Part shown: one piece after another, positions 59,324 through 64,000 of the stretch | How positions within the stretch are numbered: position 1 is the first letter of the stretch | Layout: the number at the start of each line of letters is the position of its first letter | Virus record (IMG/VR): IMGVR_UViG_3300042460_000692 | Span: 1 to 64,000 of that record | Source of the DNA: an uncultured virus (IMG/VR IMGVR_UViG_3300042460_000692) | Taxonomy: Duplodnaviria > Heunggongvirae > Uroviricota > Caudoviricetes | Strand: one strand, 5' to 3' | Length of the DNA stretch: 64,000 nucleotides | The notes under the pieces: generated by a model | What the model saw: the letters and a program-made list of their open reading frames with translations, nothing else | What the model was told of the DNA's origin: nothing | Databases searched by the model: none | Program-made: the position numbers and the translations under genes

Positions 59324-59771
59324 CTACCAACAACAACCGGACATTACAAAATTTGAATTCCTATTAACATTAGAGGGAAACATTATTTGTCAAAGATTCT
59401 TTAATGTAAAGGATCATGTGGAAAATTCGAGACGATCTATGGACCTTCATTATTATCTAAGAAATATTTGTGAGGATATTTCTGAAGATTTAAAAATAAA
59501 AAGTTCTGATTATTTGTGCGAAAATCAAAATTATTTCCTATCTTCGGACTATGTGGAAGACGCTCCCGAGAAGGATAGAGAACACTTTTTATTGGAAATT
59601 AAATTGAATGAAGATGTATTTATTCAAAGAATATTCCCAGCATATTACTATCATCCAAAGGTTAGGTATACTGTCGATATCCGTCCAAATTTGAAGCGTA
59701 TCTTGTCAGACTTAACTGACATCCTGTCTTCAGAAGAATTGGAAACCACATACTTGAATTATCAATTGTAA
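59316..59771 (+). CDS. Hypothetical protein
   Basis: 151 aa ORF in the replication operon. Confidence 0.75.
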   Translation: MSNYQQQPDITKFEFLLTLEGNIICQRFFNVKDHVENSRRSMDLHYYLRNICEDISEDLKIKSSDYLCENQNYFLSSDYVEDAPEKDREHFLLEIKLNEDVFIQRIFPAYYYHPKVRYTVDIRPNLKRILSDLTDILSSEELETTYLNYQL

Positions 59772-59798
59772 TTTAAACACACATTATAAAATAAACAC

Positions 59799-61172
59799 AT
59801 GGAAGAGAGAAATTTTGGGCATTTAGGATTTTCGTTTCAACAATCTTTATTGAAGGCGATTATTGAAGATAAAAAATATGGAGAAACAATTATTGACGTA
59901 TTAGATAGTAAGTTTTTTGATAATAACTCATTTAAATTCATCATGGAAAACATGAAGGAGTTATATAAAAATTATAATAAAATACCCGATTACAACACAA
60001 TTGCACAGAAAATTATGGCTGAAGGTGGTAATAACACCTCATCTAAATCACACGCAGATACGTTAGATGCAATTAAAAACAACGAACAACAAGTTGATTA
60101 CGTTAAAGACACGGCACTTAACTTTTGTAAACAACAAAACTTAAAAAAAGAATTAAAAGGAGTACAAAGTATTATTGATAATGGGGATTTCGAATCTTAC
60201 AATAAGATTGAACAAATTATTCAAAAGGCACTTCAAGTTGGAATTTCAAACGATGACGCGACCGATGTTTTTCATGGTATTGATGAGGCGTTAGAGAAGG
60301 ACTTTAGACACCCATTACCGACAGGTATTGTTGGAATCGACAACTTACTTAAAGGTGGATTAGGAATAGGAGAATTGGGTATTGTATTAGCTCCTACGGG
60401 TACTGGTAAGACTACCTTACTTACAAAGTTTGCAAATACCGCATATAACTTAGGTTATAATGTCGTACAAATATTTTTTGAGGATAATCCGGGTAATATT
60501 AAAAGAAAACACTATACGATTTGGACAGGTATTGCACCTGATTCACAACCTGATAATGTTGAGGAAGTTAAGATTAAAATCGAGGAGGCTCAACAACGTT
60601 CAAAAGGTAGTATTAAATTATTAAAATTGGCTAGTGATAATGTAACCGTTTCTGAAATTAAAAACAAAATCAGAAAAATGAATTCAGACGGAACCAAAAT
60701 TGATTTATTAGTTTTAGATTACGTGGATTGTATTTCATCGGATAAATCGACTAATGGTGATGAATGGAAAGGTGAGGGTTCAGTAATGAGAAGTTTAGAA
60801 TCTATGACGGGTGAATTTGAAATGGCAATATGGACGGCAACACAAGGTAATAGAGAATCAATTTCTAGTGAAGTGGTTACAGGAGACCAAATGGGTGGAT
60901 CAATTAAAAAGGCACAAATTGCTCACGTTATTTTATCTATTGGTAAAACATTAGAACAAAAAGAACATAACTTAGCAACCTTAACATTACTTAAATCTCG
61001 TATCGGTAAAGATGGTGTCGTATTTCAAAATTGTAAATTTAACAATGAGTTTTTGGAAATTGATACAGAATCACAAAATACCTTATTAGGTCACGAGGAA
61101 CAAAAAACACAAATCAATGCTAACCGTGCGGCTGAAGCGTTTAAAAGAAGACAAGAATTAGCAACTAAATAA
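59799..61172 (+). CDS. dnaB: Replicative DnaB-like helicase (T4 gp41-like)
   Basis: LAPTGTGKT, LVLDYVD, WTATQGNR and KSRIG motifs. Confidence 0.92.
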   Translation: MEERNFGHLGFSFQQSLLKAIIEDKKYGETIIDVLDSKFFDNNSFKFIMENMKELYKNYNKIPDYNTIAQKIMAEGGNNTSSKSHADTLDAIKNNEQQVDYVKDTALNFCKQQNLKKELKGVQSIIDNGDFESYNKIEQIIQKALQVGISNDDATDVFHGIDEALEKDFRHPLPTGIVGIDNLLKGGLGIGELGIVLAPTGTGKTTLLTKFANTAYNLGYNVVQIFFEDNPGNIKRKHYTIWTGIAPDSQPDNVEEVKIKIEEAQQRSKGSIKLLKLASDNVTVSEIKNKIRKMNSDGTKIDLLVLDYVDCISSDKSTNGDEWKGEGSVMRSLESMTGEFEMAIWTATQGNRESISSEVVTGDQMGGSIKKAQIAHVILSIGKTLEQKEHNLATLTLLKSRIGKDGVVFQNCKFNNEFLEIDTESQNTLLGHEEQKTQINANRAAEAFKRRQELATK

Positions 61173-61181
61173 AATAAAAAA

Positions 61182-62153
61182 ATGACAGAAAAAATATTAC
61201 AAGACAATCCAGGAAAGTTTGTCCTTTTTCCAATCGAACACCATGACTTATGGAAGTTCTATAAACAATCTGAGGCGTCATTTTGGACTGCAGAGGAAAT
61301 TGATTTAGGTCAAGACGTATCTGATTGGGAGAATAAGTTAAATGATGATGAACAACATTTTGTTAAACACGTTTTAGCATTTTTTGCAGCTTCTGATGGT
61401 ATTGTTAATGAGAATTTAGCGATGAATTTTGTTAACGAAGTTCAATATACCGAAGCTAAATTTTTCTATGGTTTTCAAATTATGATGGAAAATATCCATA
61501 GTGAAACGTATTCATTGTTAATTGATACCTTAGTTAAAGATAAAGAAGAACAACACAAATTATTTAATGCAATTGAAACCATACCGGCAATTAAAAAGAA
61601 AGCGGATTGGGCTCTTAAGTGGATTAGCTCTGAATCTTTTGTTGATAGATTATTGGCATTTGCTGCAGTTGAAGGTATCTTCTTTTCAGGTTCATTCTGT
61701 TCAATTTTTTGGTTAAAGAAAAGAGGTTTATTGCCAGGATTAACATTTTCAAATGAATTAATCTCAAGAGACGAGGGTATGCATTGCGATTTTGCTTGTC
61801 ATTTATATAACAATCATATTCAAAATAAAATCTCACAAGAGAGAATTAAAGAAATTATTTGTGGAGCTTTAGAGATTGAAAAAGAATTTATTTTAGAAGC
61901 ATTACCTGTACGTTTAATTGGTATGAATTCAGATTTAATGGCACAATACCTTGAATTTGTAACTGACAGATTATTAGTTGCATTAGGTGTACCTAAGGTT
62001 TATAATTCAGAAAACCCGTTTGATTTTATGCAGAACATTGCATTACAAGGTAAAACAAATTTCTTTGAAAAAAGAGTCGCTGAATATCAAAAGGCGGGAG
62101 TTAATAATGTATCAGAAGATTTAGATTCTGCGTTTGGTGATGTGGATTTTTAA
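61182..62153 (+). CDS. nrdB: Ribonucleotide reductase class Ia beta subunit
   Basis: [46 protein letters not shown] and NFFEKRV motifs. Confidence 0.97.
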   Translation: MTEKILQDNPGKFVLFPIEHHDLWKFYKQSEASFWTAEEIDLGQDVSDWENKLNDDEQHFVKHVLAFFAASDGIVNENLAMNFVNEVQYTEAKFFYGFQIMMENIHSETYSLLIDTLVKDKEEQHKLFNAIETIPAIKKKADWALKWISSESFVDRLLAFAAVEGIFFSGSFCSIFWLKKRGLLPGLTFSNELISRDEGMHCDFACHLYNNHIQNKISQERIKEIICGALEIEKEFILEALPVRLIGMNSDLMAQYLEFVTDRLLVALGVPKVYNSENPFDFMQNIALQGKTNFFEKRVAEYQKAGVNNVSEDLDSAFGDVDF

Positions 62154-62173
62154 TTTAAAAAAGACTTAATAAA

Positions 62174-64000
62174 ATGAAAGTAAAAAAAAGAAATGGTGAA
62201 TTGGAGGAGATGAGATATGACAAGATCACTAAACGTATTAGTGTTCTTTGTCATGATTTAAATATGGAATATATTGACCCAACGTTTGTTACCCTAAAAG
62301 TAACTTCGGGGATTTACGATGGAATTTCAACAACTGAATTAGATGTATTAGCTGCGGAGACCGCAGCAGCCATGGTTACCACACATCCTGATTATGCAAA
62401 ACTGGCGGGAAGATTGGCTGTTTCTAATTTACATAAAACAACACCTAAAAAGTTTTCACAATCAATGAAAGAATTATATTCCTTTATTGAACCAAAAACA
62501 GGTAAAGAATCTTCATTAATTGATGATAATGTATATCAATTTGTTTTAGCAAACAAAGAAATCTTAGATGGAGCTATCAATCAAGATCGTGATTTAGATT
62601 TTGATTATTTTGGAATTAAAACTTTAGAACGTTCTTATCTATTAAAAATTGGTACTCGTATTGTTGAAAGACCTCAATATCTTTATATGAGAGTTGCAGT
62701 TGGTATTTGTAAAGGAGACGTCAATATGGCGTTAAGAATTTATGATGACCTATCACAACATTTTTATACACACGCAACACCCACATTATTTAATGCTGGT
62801 ACTAAAAGAGCACAAATGTCATCTTGTTTCTTAATTGGAAATAAAGGAGATGATATTGATGGATTGTTTGATACAATTTCTGACGTTGCAAAGATTTCTA
62901 AGTGGGCTGGTGGTATTGGATTACACGTACACGATGTTCGTGCTAAGGGATCATATATTAAAGGAACTGGTGGAGAATCTGATGGTCTGTTACCAATGAT
63001 GAAGACGTATAATGAGGTTGCTCGTTGGATTAATCAAGGTGGTAAACGTAAGGGTTCATTTGCTATTTATCTTGAACCATGGCACGCTGACATTTATGAA
63101 TTTATTGATTTAAGAAAGAATCATGGTAAAGAAGAAATGAGGGCAAGGGATTTGTTTTTAGCAATGTGGACACCAGATTTATTTATGAAACGTGTTGAGG
63201 AAGACGGTGATTGGACATTGTTCTCACCTGATGAAGCGCCAGGATTATCTGATGCTTACGATACACCTGAAGAAAAAACATTTACCATGTTGTACGAATC
63301 TTACGAACAACAAGGGTTAGGTAGAAAAGTGGTTAAAGCAAGAAAATTAATGGATGCAATTTTAACCGCACAAATTGAAACAGGAACACCTTATATGTTA
63401 TATAAAGATCCTGCCAATTATAAATCAAATCAAAAGAATTTAGGTACGATTAAATCATCAAATTTATGTACCGAAATTATTGAATACTCATCACCAACAG
63501 AACAAGCTGTTTGTAATTTGGCTTCAATCGCATTACCTAAGTATATCGTTAACGGTGAATTTAATCACGATATGTTATATGAATATACCTACCAAGTTGT
63601 AAAAAACTTGAACAACGTAATCGATTTAAATTTTTATCCAACTGAAGAAACAAAACGTTCAAATTTCAGACATCGTCCTGTTGGTTTGGGTATTCAAGGA
63701 TTGGCGGATGTATTATGTATGTTACATTTACCATTCGAATCTGATAAGGCAGATACACTACAAACTGATATTTTTGAAACAATATATTTTGCGGCAATGA
63801 CGTCCTCAAAAGATTTAGCTAAAGAATTCGGAGCATATGAAACAATCGTTGGTTCCCCAATTGAAAAAGGAATCTTTCAATATCAAATGTGGAATAAAGT
63901 AGATTCTGATTTATCTGGTCGTTGGGATTGGAAATCATTAAGAAAAGATGTCATCAAATTTGGAGTTAGAAACTCATTATTGGTGGCACCGATGCCAACA
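62174..64000 (+). CDS. nrdA: Ribonucleotide reductase class Ia alpha subunit with ATP cone, 3'-truncated
   Basis: Translated by hand from ATG 62174: MKVKKRNGELE (ATP cone), HATPTLFNAG, SSCF, SSNLCTEI, RNSLLVAPMPT; appears open to the window end. Confidence 0.96.
   Translation, partial: MKVKKRNGELEEMRYDKITKRISVLCHDLNMEYIDPTFVTLKVTSGIYDGISTTELDVLAAETAAAMVTTHPDYAKLAGRLAVSNLHKTTPKKFSQSMKELYSFIEPKTGKESSLIDDNVYQFVLANKEILDGAINQDRDLDFDYFGIKTLERSYLLKIGTRIVERPQYLYMRVAVGICKGDVNMALRIYDDLSQHFYTHATPTLFNAGTKRAQMSSCFLIGNKGDDIDGLFDTISDVAKISKWAGGIGLHVHDVRAKGSYIKGTGGESDGLLPMMKTYNEVARWINQGGKRKGSFAIYLEPWHADIYEFIDLRKNHGKEEMRARDLFLAMWTPDLFMKRVEEDGDWTLFSPDEAPGLSDAYDTPEEKTFTMLYESYEQQGLGRKVVKARKLMDAILTAQIETGTPYMLYKDPANYKSNQKNLGTIKSSNLCTEIIEYSSPTEQAVCNLASIALPKYIVNGEFNHDMLYEYTYQVVKNLNNVIDLNFYPTEETKRSNFRHRPVGLGIQGLADVLCMLHLPFESDKADTLQTDIFETIYFAAMTSSKDLAKEFGAYETIVGSPIEKGIFQYQMWNKVDSDLSGRWDWKSLRKDVIKFGVRNSLLVAPMPT

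Noticed and set aside
5..61836. Numerous short antisense or alternate-frame ORFs in the ORF track (e.g. 5787-6224, 9968-10387, 15294-15755, 19767-20219)
   Set aside because: They overlap well-supported genes and show shadow-ORF composition (Ser/Phe/Leu-rich) with no recognisable motifs
1..64000. Stop-codon reassignment (seen in some large phages)
   Set aside because: Core genes are full-length under the standard code and coding density is high; no fragmentation at TAG or TGA
1..64000. CRISPR array, tRNA or rRNA genes
   Set aside because: No regularly spaced repeat-spacer units seen, and the intergenic gaps are short and AT-rich with no cloverleaf motifs that I could recognise
29593..64000. 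Inteins or group I introns in polB, helicases, recA or nrdAB
   Set aside because: Protein lengths and motif spacing look normal; no intein C-terminal HN-[C/S/T] junction with an insertion and no interrupted frames noticed

Overview
AT-rich, densely coding 64-kb segment of a large (jumbo-type) T4-like myovirus genome in the standard genetic code, most likely infecting a Bacteroidota host. Host evidence: Bacteroidia-type bS21 with Tyr54, TAnnTTTG promoters, a DUF4494-like gene and scarce Shine-Dalgarno sites. It holds the head module (terminase, portal, prohead protease, scaffold, major capsid protein) with an antisense ribosomal protein S21 gene, a reverse-strand block (putative head cargo, gp5-like spike, gp55-like late sigma factor, three glycosyltransferases, PhoH, dUTPase, a WYL-domain protein), a family B DNA polymerase and SNF2 helicase interleaved with neck genes, the contractile tail/baseplate module, and a replication/nucleotide module (SSB, RecA/UvsX, 5'-3' exonuclease, DnaB-like helicase, nrdB, partial nrdA). 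Most interesting inferred signals: (1) a recurrent [S/T]-G-x-T motif concentrated in virion proteins alongside three phage glycosyltransferases, a candidate virion glycosylation system; (2) a TATTTAT[A/T] late-promoter-like box often only 3-5 nt from the ATG, implying widespread leaderless mRNAs in a bS21-encoding phage; (3) shared [L/I]-x-E processing/targeting peptides on enzymes and a WYL protein; (4) a probable +1/-2 frameshift in the tail chaperone; (5) a 32-bp palindrome giving two convergent genes the same C-terminus. All functional calls come from motif recognition by eye; no database searches were run.
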